Assembly (NCBI RefSeq): GCF_004010195.1
Contig: NC_057758.1
Coordinates: 9,689,033-9,728,393 of the forward strand
Direction: 5' to 3'
DNA: 39,361 nt
DNA from: Chiloscyllium plagiosum
Taxonomy: Eukaryota
Shown here piece by piece: positions 1-13,500 of the stretch. The notes beneath the pieces are model-generated. The model ran no database searches. It saw nothing but the letters and a program-made list of their open reading frames with translations, and was not told the DNA's origin. Made by a program: the position numbers and the translations under genes. Position 1 is the first letter of the stretch; every line of letters begins with the position of its first letter.

Positions 1-771
1 GCAAGAACAGGAAGGTAGATTACTACCTAAATGGAATCAATGTAGGTAAAGGGGCAGTACAGGGAGATCTGGGTGTTCTTGTACACCAGTCAATGAAGGT
101 AAGCATGCAGGTAGTGAAGAAGGCTAATAGCTTGCTGGCCTTCATAACAAGAGGAATTGAGTACAGAAGCAAAGAGGTGCTTGTGCAGCTGTACAGGGCC
201 CTGGTGAGACCACATCTGGAGTATTGTGTGCAGTTCTGGTCTCCAAATTTGAGGAAAGACATTCTGGCTATTGAGGGAGTGCAGCGTAGGTTCACGAGGT
301 CAATTCCTGGAATGGCGGGATTACCTTACACTGAAAGACTGGAGCGACTGGGCTTGTATACCCTTGAGTTTAGAAGACTGAGAGGGGATCTGATTGAGAC
401 ATATAAGATTATTAAAGGATTGGACACTCTGGAGGCAGGAAACATGTTTCTGCTGATGGGTGAGTGCCGAACCAGAGGACGCAGCTTAAAAATACGGGGT
501 AGACCATTTAGGACAGAGATGAGGAGAAACTTCTTCATCCAGAGAGTGGTGGGTGTGTGGAATGCTCTGCCCTAGAGGGCAGTGGAGGCCCAGTGTCTGG
601 ATTCGTTTAAGCAAGAGTTGGCTAGAGCTGTCAAGGATAGTGGAATCAAGGGTTATGGAGATAAGGCAGGAACAAGATACTGATTAAGGATGATCAACCA
701 TGATCGTATTGAATGGTGGTGCAGGCTCGAAGGGCAGAATGGCCTACTCCTGCACCTATTGTCTATTGTCT
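1..771 (+). mobile_element. CR1-clade LINE 3' fragment (ORF2 C-terminus + tail)
   Basis: ORF 93-575 with [19 protein letters not shown]...RRLRGDLIETYKI...[16 protein letters not shown]; ends in short-repeat tail ctattgtctattgtcta. Confidence 0.93.
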
Positions 772-1057
772 AGATTAATTGAGGATCTCTGGTTGGGATG
801 AGTTGGACCAAAGGCTCTGTTTCAGTGTTGTACATCTGTGCCTCTAAAGAGTCTGAGAGTTCCTTTCTCTTAAGGAAGAGAAAAGAAAACAAAGCACATT
901 TTTATCAGTCTTGAAAGTTGTGGAGGTGTATTCAAGGAAGACTGACTTCGTGATTGCACTCTTGGTATCTGTATTTTCAAGTTGTCACAATGTTTAATGA
1001 AACAGGGTGATCAAGGGTGTCTGGGTCAGGTAAGTTGAAAGTAAATCACAATTGACA

Positions 1058-1109
1058 AATCTCTCTACTTTTTAAGCTGTGATAATCTCTCTACTTTTTA
1101 AGCTGTGAT
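1058..1109. repeat. Perfect 26-bp tandem duplication
   Basis: aatctctctactttttaagctgtgat x2 (1058-1083, 1084-1109). Confidence 0.95.
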
Positions 1110-1335
1110 CATACTAGTGACCGTCTCTCCCCCTGCTCCCAGACTGTTTCACTGCCTGGGTAGACCTGGCTTGCTCATCGATGTGTGTGTGTGAGCGGGC
1201 GGGTGTGAGGTGTATATTAGTTCAGTGGAGTATACAGAATTTCAGAAGGCACCTAATGTGATTTATGGTTATTCAGAATTATAGCCAATTCGGTAGAAGT
1301 TCAATGATATATTTCATGTTGATTTGTCCCCTTAG

Positions 1336-1502
1336 ATCCAAACTCCACAATCATGAAGTTCTTGGTAAAGTGTGAGGATTACCAGCTGTTCCAGTTCACA
1401 AAGTTCTTCTGGGACAGACTAGAACAAGCAATCAAAGATTGTGTGGGTGGACTCAGTTCATTGTTAACCTACGAGAGGATTTTCAGTGGACAAGAGCATC
1501 AG
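1336..1502 (+). CDS. NLR exon 1: first half of N-terminal domain ([55 protein letters not shown])
   Basis: Acceptor tccccttAG at 1334-1335, ATG at 1353, donor CAG|GTAAGT at 1503 (phase 0). Confidence 0.85.
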
Positions 1503-4500
1503 GTAAGTAGGAGAGTTATGGAAAGTGTTAAAATATTAGGCAACTAACAAAATAATAACAAATAAATTGCTGGATGATGAAAAAGACCAATTGTCTATCT
1601 GGATTACTGTCTTAATAACCTGGCTGCTCTATGCTGCGATTGTATTGATGTTAGTAACTAATCATATCAGTCAGTTGATCCACAGACAGATATGAAGTAT
1701 GGAAAATCCAGTGGTATAGTGCTTTCGGAATATCTGATTATAGAGTCATTAATATTGCAATCACATTGGAGTGTTATGGACCAGGCCAGACCCCCCTCAA
1801 AGCATTTTTAGAAGGTAGCCCAGAACCTAACTTTTCTAGTAGTTTTAGGCAGATATAAGGTGGATATCCCAGGACTGATACAGCTGGTCAAACCACTTGT
1901 CTTTGTGTAAAACAGAATTAATTTACACAGCACCGGATGAAACTCAAACAAATGAAAATAGAGTTTAGAGTAACGATATGAAAGCACGACATTCCCTGCA
2001 ACTTAACAAATAACTGTTCTGATTTCCCGCAACATTCCATAAACGCACACCTTGGCAAAAAAACTCTAAATTCAAACCCAAGTTCTTGTAGAAGAGATAT
2101 CAAAGAGAACGAGGATCAACCAGGGATTATTTACTGAAGCATGAAATCTCTTTCTACTCTGTCCCCAGCAATTTCTAACTGCTAAAACTAAACCAACTAG
2201 AAAAATCACTGAACTGGGAGAACTGGCCATTCCCCTTTCATTGTACAATTGTGTTTTTTTTAAGAAACACCTGAAAACCCTTCTCCTGATGGTTGCCTTG
2301 GACAGTATCAGTTAGCCGTTAGGAAAGCGCCCAGACCCCAGACAATTCGGAACCACTTCCTTTCAAAACCCCTCTTGAAAAAAGCCAAGGACAACATTAC
2401 CTTTTTAAAGAAGCAATATTGTCAAAGAAAGCAGTGGGGCACAGGGCTTTGGCACAGAATCTGTCCCTGCTGCTCAGAAGAGAAGGAGGAAGAGGAGCAG
2501 AGCAGCAGTCATTGGGGACTCCATAGTTAGGGGACAGATAGGAGGTTCTGTGGGGATGAGAGAGACTCACGGTTGGTGTGTTGCCTCCCAGGCACCAAGG
2601 TTCGTGATGTCTCTGATCATGTTTTTGGGATCCTTAAGGGGGAGGGGGAGCAGCCCCAAGTTGTGGTCCACATAGGTAGGAAGAGAGATAGGGATTTAAG
2701 GCAGAAATTCAGGGAGCTGGGATGGAAGCTTAGAGCTAGGACAAACAGAGTTGTTGTCTCTGGTTTGTTGCCTATGCCACATGCTAGTGAGGTGAGGAAT
2801 AAGGAGAGAGAGGAGTTGAACACGTGGCTACAGGGATGGTGCAGGAGGGAGGGTTTTGGATTCTTGGATAATTGGGGCTCTTTCTGGGGTAGGTGGGACC
2901 TCTACAAGTAGGATGGTCTTTATCTGAGCCAGAGGGGTACCAATATCCTGGGGGGGATATTCGCTAAGGATATTGGGGTGGGTTTAAACTAATCCAGCAG
3001 GGGGATGGGAACCAAAATTGTAGTTCGAGTATAGAAAAGGTTGAGAGTAAGGAGGTCCGAAATCAAGTTTGAGGGATGCAAGATGGCACCGGCAAGCAAG
3101 ACGTTGGTTTGAAGTGTGCCTACTTCAACGCCAGGATCATCTGGAATAAGGTGGGTGAACTTGCAGTATGGGTTGGTACCTGGGACTTCGATGTTGTGGC
3201 CATTTCGGAGACATGGACAGAGCAGGGACAGGAATGGTTGTTGCAGGTTCCAGGATTTAGATGTTTCAGTAAGAACAGAGAAGATGGTAAAAGAGGGGGA
3301 AATGTGACATTGTTGGTCAAGGACAGTATTACAGTTGCAGTAAGGCTGTTTGGGGACTCATCAACTGAGGTAGTATGGGNNNNNNNNNNNNNNNNNNNNN
3401 NNNNNNNNNNNNNNNNNNNNNNNNNNNNNNNNNNNNNNNNNNNNNNNNNNNNNNNNNNNNNNNNNNNNNNNNNNNNNNNNNNNNNNNNNNNNNNNNNNNN
3501 NNNNNNNNNNNNNNNNNNNNNNNNNNNNNNNNNNNNNNNNNNNNNNNNNNNNNNNNNNNNNNNNNNNNNNNNNNNNNNNNNNNNNNNNNNNNNNNNNNNN
3601 NNNNNNNNNNNNNNNNNNNNNNNNNNNNNNNNNNNNNNNNNNNNNNNNNNNNNNNNNNNNNNNNNNNNNNNNNNNNNNNNNNNNNNNNNNNNNNNNNNNN
3701 NNNNNNNNNNNNNNNNNNNNNNNNNNNNNNNNNNNNNNNNNNNNNNNNNNNNNNNNNNNNNNNNNNNNNNNNNNNNNNNNNNNNNNNNNNNNNNNNNNNN
3801 NNNNNNNNNNNNNNNNNNNNNNNNNNNNNNNNNNNNNNNNNNNNNNNNNNNNNNNNNNNNNNNNNNNNNNNNNNNNNNNGTCTGTTTCCATGCTGTACAT
3901 CTCTATGACTCTATGATAAAAGTGTCATCCATATAGTGGACCCAAAGTTTGGGTTGGATGCTTGGCAGAGCTGTTTGTTAGAGTCTCTGCATTACTGCCT
4001 CTGCTAAGAACTCTGATAACGGAGATCCCATGAATGTTCTCTTGGTTTGTCTGTTGGGGTTTTTGTTGAAGGTGAGGTGGATGATAAGGCATGGGTCCAC
4101 GAGATTTTAATATTGCACTTGTGGATGATGTTGATGGTGTTGGTGTTTGTGTCTTTGGTTCTTCTAATAGTGTAGTCAGTGTTTCCTTGGCCACGTTGAT
4201 GTTGATGGATGTGAATAGGGCTGTTACGTCAAAGGAGATAATTATTGCATCCTCTTCTATATTGTTGTCTTTGGTCTCTAGGAACTCTTGGCTGGAGTGG
4301 ACGGAGTGGCATGAATCTTTCACAAAGTGTTTTATTCTTTGGTATAGCTCCTTGGCCAATCTGTAATTTGGTGTTCCAGGTAGCGAGATTGTGGGTCTGA
4401 GGGATGTTCCTGATTTGTTGATTTTGGATAATCTGTAAAAGCGTGGTGTGTTGGATCCATCTCAACTTTGGAAGTCTGTTTTATTTATTTCTTCAGATTT

Positions 4501-7500
4501 CTGAAGTTGAGATGGATCCAACACACCACGCTTTTACAGATTACCCAAAATCAACAAATCAGGAACATCCCTCAGACCCACAATCTCGCTCCCTGAACAC
4601 CAAATTACAGATTGGCCAAGGAGCTATACCAAAGAATAAAACACTTCGTGGAAGACTCTTGCCACTTTGTCCACTGCACCCAAGAATTCCTGGAGACCAT
4701 CAAAGACACCAAGGTAGAAGAGGATGAAATAATGGCCTCCTTTGGTATAACAACCCTGTTCACATCCAACAACATCAACCTGGCCAAGGAAACACTGACA
4801 ACACGATTTGAACAACCAAAGACACACATACCAAACACCACCAACTTCATCAGCAAGGACAATATTGTCAAGCTAGTGAACCTATGCCTTACTACCCACT
4901 GCATTTTCAACTGCAAAACCTACAGACAAACCATGCGGTCTCCGATATCGGGGTTCTTAGCAGAGGCAGTAATGCAGAGACTTGAACAAACAACTGTGCC
5001 AAGCATCCAACCTGAACTTTGGGTCGGCTATGTGGATGACACCTTTGTCATCACTAAACGAAACAAATTAGACAAAACCTTCAAGACCATCAATAATACC
5101 CTTACTGGCATAAAAGTCACTAAAGAGGAGGAAAACAACAACAAACTGCCATTCCTAGATGTCGCAGTGAAGCGAACAGTCAATAGGGAGCTTCAAACCA
5201 GCGTCTACGGGAAAACAACACATACGGACCAAATATTGAATACAGAAGCAATCATCCCAACATCCACAAACGAAGCTGCATTAAAACATTATTTCAACGA
5301 GTCACCACGCATTGCAGCACAGACGAACTACGAAGAGCAGAGGAAAATCACCGATACAATGGATTGAAAAAGAACGGATACCCAATGAACACAGTCCACC
5401 GATTTCTCAACAACAAACCCAAACAAGCAGACAAAACGTGTCCAGAAACTCTAGCCACTCTCCCCTACATCAAAGACATGTCGAAAATGACTGCCAGACC
5501 CCTTGGCATCATGGTAGCCCACAAACCCACCAGCATGCTAAAACTGCAGCTCATGAACTTGAAAGACCCTATACAGACAACAAGCAAACTAATATCATTT
5601 ACAAAATACCTTGTAAGAACTGTATCAAACACTACATTGGACAAACAGGCATAAAAGTAGCCACCAGGATACATGAGCATCAGCTACAAAAAGACATGAC
5701 CCACTGTCACTGTTATCTTTACATAGAGATGAGGAAGGAAACCACTTTGACTGGGACAACACATCCATCCGAGGACAGACCACGCACGAGAATTCCTAGA
5801 AGCATGGCATTCCAAGCAGAACTCTATCAACAAACACATGACTTGGATCCCATTTACCACCCCCGAGAAAAGGAATGGGAAATGACATCACCACAAGAAA
5901 TGACATCACCAACCTAAGGAAACCCAAACACACAAATAGAAAGCAGGTCAAACCACCTGCACTTCATCTGGAGGCTCACTGATGATGTTACCTAGTATGG
6001 TGACTCAACGTCTGAAAATGAACCTTCCAGCTCAGCGAACAAACCTACATCTATGTTCCAATATCACTTTAATTGTTGAGATATTTTATTAAGGCACCTG
6101 CTGTTAAATTAGTGTTTGCCTTCAGGTAAACAATGAGATGGTGCAGGTCTTCAGTCTCCAGCATTGTCTGCTGTTGAAGATACTGTCCCTCATCGGAAGA
6201 TACAACTGTATTGAACCTAGATACTCGCTTTAGCACATATTTGTCTCTTTTTGTCCACTGCACAATACCTATTTTTAGTTACAACAGTTCATATTCTGCT
6301 GAGCCATCTTACTTAACTTTGAGAGTTCCTGGCCAGTCTGCCATCTTTTCTCATTTTGAGGAATCCTCAAATTATGCTGTTTAAATTCCTCACTTCTCAA
6401 AGTCCTGTACAAATGTTACAATAATGGCATTTTGTTTTGTCCATTATGACATCTGAGCCTTGAAAAACTCCAGTTTAAAACTTTCATCATAGTATCTATG
6501 TGTCTTTCATGGCCTTGATGCTGCCAATCTCTATGGCTTCCTCTAGCACAGCAACATTCCCATAGCTCTGAAATTCCATGTTGTACACTTCACCATTCAC
6601 ACCACCATTGTGGACAAGCAATCAGTTATTGCTTGCAGTCTGAAAATCAGTCCACATTTAACCCTTTCTTTGCTCCTCAGTATATCCAGTTTAGCACCAG
6701 TTGCATTGTCTGATTTCAGCTCTGAGAATAGCCATGCAAATTTTTACTGCAGCAAAAGTTGTAAGGGTAAGCAGCTCATAACAGGCTTACATTACAGTGT
6801 TCACTGCTGGACATTGCCAAGAGCAGATTTCCAAAACCAAAGTTGTCTTGCTGTTTCATAGTTTTCAGAGGAAATGTGGATTGAATTGGTTGAGTTTCCA
6901 ATGCTGTTCTATCTGATAATAATTAGTGGGTGGCACAGTGGTTCGCACTGCTGCCTCACAGCGCCAGAGACCCGGGTTCAATTCCCATCTCAGGCGACTC
7001 TCTGTGTGGAGTTTGCACATTCTCCCTGTGTCTGCGTGGGTTTTCTCCGGGTGCTCCAGTTTCCTCCCACAATCCAGGTTAGGTGAATTGGTCATTCTAA
7101 ATTGCCCGTGGTGTTAGGTGAAGGGGTAAATGTAGGGGAATGGGTCTGGATGGGTTGCACTTCGGCAGGTCGGTGTGGACTTGTTGGGCCGAAAGGCCTG
7201 TTTCCACACTGTAAGTAATCTAATCATAACATTGGTCATTACAGTTAGTTTCTGGGAATTTCTAAAACAGTTTATCTGCCTCATTTCAGAATCCTAGCTT
7301 TCCTCTTACCTGAGGCCATCCTTCGCAGCAGTTTTATTTCTACAGTGAAGTAGTGTCAATATCATTAGAATAGTTGGTCAGTCATCCAGGAAAACTGGAA
7401 GATCTCATTACTGAGCCAATGCTTTTCTGCTTATTTTCAGTGTTTGTCTTTTACTGACTCCTCAATGTTCTTCACAGAAAATCATTGAGCTTGTGGAGAA

Positions 7501-10500
7501 GCATATGTGTGCAGACAGTTCCAAACTGCTCCTAAATCTGGTGATGGAGAAAGGATCTCCTGCCCGAAGGGTGATGTGGAAGTCCTTCGTGAAAATGCGC
7601 CATGTGGTACCAAAGTTGGACAAAATACTGAAACAAATACAAGAGCTTGGTACAATATCACTTACTGAATTCAATTTCTGATTCAATATTGCCGCTTTCA
7701 CCATTACACGGTTGAATTTCATAAAAGTCTTTTGATTTTTAAACAGGCTTGAATCCATTTGATACGGTGAAACTTACCCAAAGTTTGTCCAAAATACCCA
7801 ATCACCTGAAAGGTAAGAAATGAAATGTTGCTCTTAAACTGCATCTTGACTTCTGAAAACCAGAATGTTTGCCAGAACTGGGAATAGGGGAATTAATCTT
7901 ACCACAAATTCTCAGTGGCATTTTTATGAGATTCATGGGAGCTTTATTCCTGTGACCCCTCATGGGTTTTTTTGCATTCTTACCAAAATTAATTTATTAG
8001 CCATTTGCTTTGGTACCATCTGATGCTAGCCCAGTTCTCTCAATCACCATATATACCACTATCAAGATATCCTGGGATCCCTGGAACTGACCTTTGAACT
8101 GCAGCCATGCACCTTGTCATGCCATGGCAGTTTGGAGTTACTCTTTAATATGAACATCACAGGATTAATCGTAAATGAATGCTGCTCAGGCCACATGGCT
8201 GGCATAACAGAAACTTCCTTGAACATGGATCTGCACGTTTTTTTCATCCACAGGATGTGGGCATATTTGGCTCGGCTAGCATTTATCGACCGTCCCTAAT
8301 TGCCCAGAGACAATTTAAGAATTAACCACGTTGCTGTGTTTCTGGTCACATGTCGGCCAGAGCAGTTAAAGTTGACAGACTTCCTTCTCTAATGGATATC
8401 AGTGAACAAGACAGGTTTTCCCGACAATTGGCAGTGGTCATCATGATACCCTTAATTCCAGATTCTTTATTGATTTCAAATTCTGCCATCTGCAATGGTG
8501 GGATTTGAGCTGAATTTCCCAGAACGTTAGTTAAGTTTCTCGATTAATTCTCCACTGGTAATACCACTAGGTTATTGTCTCTCCTCTTATATGTCGCAGT
8601 TTAAATACCAAGCCAAACAATTCCTAATCACATCTCACTTTACAATGTTTTTTAAGTCACTTCTACTCTTTCTTCATGTTCTCATTGCCTAGTATCTTCT
8701 CATTGCTTAACGTAGGACCAACACATAAGGAGAGCCTTCAGTCGCTTCAGCAATCATTTTTATTCACCAGCAGGAAAAGTGAGTTATAAAAAAACCAAGC
8801 TATATTTGTGTCTCTGTGCAGAACTGCAGTGCTTGCCTTTTGAGCGCAAAAGTTTAGCAGTAAACGAAGATCATTTTCCCAGTTCTTGTCTACTGAAACT
8901 GAGTGACAACTGAGACCTGTCTGTCTTTTTGTGCCTAACACTGCCGCAGTCTTCCATTAGTACAATAAAAGAAGGTGATGTTCCTCCTACTCCATATCCT
9001 CATCTTCCTGCTTGGAAGACTGCTCCCACTCTCCTCGCTCAACAGACTCAGTCACATACCCTCCTATTCTGCCTCATTTGAGCAGACCATAGCATGCTAA
9101 GATTATGTGGCATAATGTGTACTGTACATGCTGTAAAGAACCCACAGACCAATCAAACAGCAAAACCTCACCTTCAGGCCTATTATCTGCTTTCATAAAG
9201 ACCCTGGTAGGAGAGTGGGATGCTTTGTATCTATGCTATACCTTAGTGGATCAGGGGATTTCCCTAACTATATTATTAGCCATTGTTAGAGTGGGTGCCT
9301 TAGTCTCCCATAACCATTCTTGTAAGGTCCCTCAAACATAAGAGAAACATGAGTTTCCAAGGATATATGCAGCAAATCAGTTCCAAGGATACCTAGCACA
9401 GGCTTGTAAGAAGATATACTAATGATCACGGGTAACCTTTTTGACTGCATTCTGATATGGCGCCCTCGAATCAACATGTGTCAGTATATCACACCTGCCA
9501 CCAGGGGAAAGGCAGCTATATTGCCAAAGCATACAGTGCAGGCTGCAGCACAGACCTCATCACAGGGAAAGGATATTATGCACTGTATGCTGGCACAAAT
9601 GGTATTGCTGGAGGCCTTAATACATTTACTGGTACACGGCTGAGAGATTTCTCACTGGTCCCCTTGGCTCTTTGGGATCCTCCTTGGTTAGAATAAACAA
9701 ACTTGTTGAGTCAGAGTCAGAGATGTACAGCATGGAAACAGACCCTTCAGTCCAACCCGTCCATGCCGATCAGATTTCCCAACCCAATCTAGTTCCACCT
9801 ACCAGCACCCGGTCCATATCCCTCCAAACCCTTCCTATTCATATACCCATCCAAATGCCTCTTAAATGTTGCAGTTGTACCAGCCTCCACCACATCCTCT
9901 GGCAGCTCATTTCATAGGAGAAAGTGAGGACTGCAGATGCTGGAGATCAGAGCTGAAAATGTGTTGCTGGAAAAGCGCAGCAGGTCAGGNNNNNNNNNNN
10001 NNNNNNNNNNNNNNNNNNNNNNNNNNNNNNNNNNNNNNNNNNNNNNNNNNNNNNNNNNNNNNNNNNNNNNNNNNNNNNNNNNNNNNNNNNNNNNNNNNNN
10101 NNNNNNNNNNNNNNNNNNNNNNNNNNNNNNNNNNNNNNNNNNNNNNNNNNNNNNNNNNNNNNNNNNNNNNNNNNNNNNNNNNNNNNNNNNNNNNNNNNNN
10201 NNNNNNNNNNNNNNNNNNNNNNNNNNNNNNNNNNNNNNNNNNNNNNNNNNNNNNNNNNNNNNNNNNNNNNNNNGAACCTGCACTCCAAGGTCTCTTTGTT
10301 CAGCAACACTCCCTAGGACCTTACCATTAAGTGTATTAGTCCAGCTAAGATTTGCTTTCCCAAAATGCAGCACCTCGCATTTATCTAAATTAAACTCCAT
10401 CTGCCACTTCTCAGCTCATTGGCCCATCTGGTCCAGATCCTGTTGTAATCTAAGTTAACCCTCTTCGCTGTCCACTACCCCTCCAATTTTGCTGTCATCT

Positions 10501-13500
10501 GCAAACTTACTAACTGTACCTCTTATGCTTGCATCCAAATCATTTATGTAAATGACAAAAAGCAGAGGACCCAGCACCGATCCTTGTGGCACTCCATTGG
10601 TAAATAACCAGAATTGTACATAGATTACACAAAGTGCACAACCTTGCTGCAAATAAGAAAATCAACAGGGTTTAAACCCTGCCTCCAAAATCTGAATTCA
10701 AGACCCCAGTATCAAAAAGTTTTTCAATGACCTTAGATTTTCTCAACTTTTATTGGCATGACCCATGTTGCTCAGGGGCTACAGCAATTCCACCCCAGAA
10801 GTTAAAAGGCCCTTCAAAAATGTGTTGAATATTTCTTGGATTTATCATTAATCCTAAATGCTGCTTCATAGAATTAAACTGCAAATCACACATATCCTTC
10901 AACAAAGAAAGTCTGCCATCCTCACCTGGTCTGGCCTACATCTAACTCCAGAGCCACAGCAATGGTTGACTCTCAACTGCCCTCTGAAATGGCCAAGCAA
11001 GCCTCTCAGTTGTGTCAATTGCTACAAAGTCTCAAAAAATAAGTAAATCTGATGGACCACTTGACATTGACGAAGGCTCTGGAAAAGACAGTGGCTGAAA
11101 CAGCCTTATTGATGCTGCAAAGTCCTCCTTACCAACATCAAGGAGCTTGTGCCAAAATTGGGAGAGCTGTCTCACATACTAATCAAAACAGCAGCCTGAT
11201 GTAGTCTTCCTTCTGAAATCATACCTTCAAGACAATGTCCCAGGCACCACCATCCCTACCCCTAGATATGTCCTGTCCTTCCAGCAGGGCAGACTCAGCA
11301 GCGGTGGTAGCAAATTGATCTACAATCAGGAGGGAGTCTTCAACATTTAATCAGGACCCTATGAGGTCTCGTGGTTTCAGGTTTACATAGACAAGGGAAC
11401 CTCCTGCAGATTACCACAAACCAACCTCCCTCAGCTAATGAGTAGATACTCCTCCATGTTGAACCCCTCTTGGAGGAAGTACTGAGGATAGCAAGGGAGC
11501 AAAACTGTATTCTGGGTGGTGGATTTCAGTGTCCACCACCAATAGTAGCTCGGCTGATGGAGCTCATTAGATCCTACAATATCCACTGGAGTAGGTCTGG
11601 GTGGGTGCAGAGGGAACCAACAAGAGAGAAAAAAATGTACTTGAATGAATGAATTAAGGAATAAATGAATTTGCTTTATTGTTACATGTACTTGATTGAG
11701 TACAGTGAAATGTTTACAAGTCACTACATACACTGCCATTTTAGCGACAAAGGTACCTAGGTGCAGATTCTTCAGTACAAATTCTGAAAAGGTAAACAAA
11801 GAAATATAAAAAAAAGTCCAGCATTACATTGTAAAATCACGGTGAAATTAGAATAAAGAAAGCTGCTATTAAAATTTCAGTGAAATGAATAAATTTTGAA
11901 TATAAGGCTATTCTTGGTGGTGGTGACCAAGGAATTGTCATTGATTTGTTGGAGGAAGCCATTCAGTTCATTAATCTCAATGATGGAAGAATATTTGCCA
12001 TCTTTACCTGTTCTCAGCCTACATGTGACTCCACACCCACAGCAATGCAGCTGACTTGGAACTGTCCTGATTTGACCCAAAACCAACTATTCAGTTCAAA
12101 GACAATGAGGGACTGAAAACAAATGCTGGCCTTCCGAGTGACTGGGGATGTAGGGATGTGCTGCCAGAGGAAGTGATGGAGCCTGGTACAGTTACACCAT
12201 TTAAAAGGGATCTGGTTGGATACATCAATAGGAAGAGCTGAGAGGGATTTGGACAAAATGCTGGCACATGGGATTAGAATAATTTAGGATATCTGGTCAT
12301 CTTGCACGAGTTGGATTGAAGGCTCTGTTTCTGTGCTGTACATCTCTGACTATAAATAAACAAAATTTAGAAATACAGAATTTTAGAGTTTCATGGCTCT
12401 GGAATCTAATGTGATCCCCCTCCACCCCCAACTTTTGGGACCCTGGACTAGCATGATACTGAAGAAAGTCTGCATGGATCACAGACCAATGCCAAAGCTG
12501 CCATAAGGAGACCCAGACCAATGCTGACAAAAGCCACTGCCAAAAAGAAGTCCCAGGCCAGTCTTTGGAATAGAGGGCCAGGACCCACTCATCTTCAAAG
12601 CAGCTGCTGAAGTAGCCTCGTTGAAGAACCCACCAGGACATTGCCTGAGGAATGACCAGATCCACATGACATTCTCTACTGCGGCAGCCTCACAAAGCTT
12701 CCTTCTTTTAGTGCACTTAATCTGACGTTGCTGCTCAGGATGTTGCTCTCATAAGACCCGAGTTAATGTTCACCATATTCACAGGAGTCCACAGCATGTA
12801 CTTGATCTCGTCCTTATCAAACTGCCGGCTGCAGATACATCTGTCTGTGACAGTATTGGTAAGAGTGATTACCACAGAGTCCTATGGAGACGAAATCCGG
12901 TTTTCACATTGTGAATAATCTCCATAGTGTTGTGGGACACAAGTACCGTGCTAATTGGAACAGACTTTAAAAGATCTAGCAATTCTAGACTGGGCATCCA
13001 TGAGGCACTGTGACATATCAACGGCAGCAGAATTGTACTCTAGCATATTTTGCAACCCTCACTGCCCAGTATATCCCCCACTTGACCATTACTATCAAGC
13101 CAGAGATTAACCCTGATTCAATGGAGACAGTAGGAGGGTATGCCAGGAGCAGCATTAGGCATACCTGAAAATGAGATGTCTACCTGAAATGGGCTACCAA
13201 ACAAGATTACTTGCATGTCAAACAGCATAAGCAGCAAGTGATAAACTGAGATAAGTGATCCCATAACCAACAGATCAGATCGAAGCTTTGCACTGTTGCC
13301 ACATCCAGTTGAAAGTAGTGGTGGACAATTAAATCGCTCACTGGAAGAGCATGATAAAAGAGCCCAGCACATTAGTACTAAAGGCAAGGCTGAAGCATTC
13401 ACAACAATCTTCAGCCAGAAGTGACAAGTGGATGGTCCAACTCAGCTGCCTCTGGTGGGCCCGAACATCAGAAATGTCCGTTTTCAGCCACTAAAGAAAC

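Noticed and set aside
878..892. IRF/ISRE-like GAAAAGAAAAC upstream of the NLR
   Set aside because: Imperfect spacing in an A-rich tract and the transcription start is unknown.
6140..6200. Possible further minus-strand hammerhead (CCGATGAGGG...)
   Set aside because: No GAAA box or stem II can be formed.
6927..6990. tRNA gene
   Set aside because: A/B boxes continue into a V-domain and LINE-type tail, so it is a SINE head.
8650..9700. Possible Harbinger-type transposase remnant (EQTI-like peptide near 9078)
   Set aside because: Too short and degenerate to support without a search.
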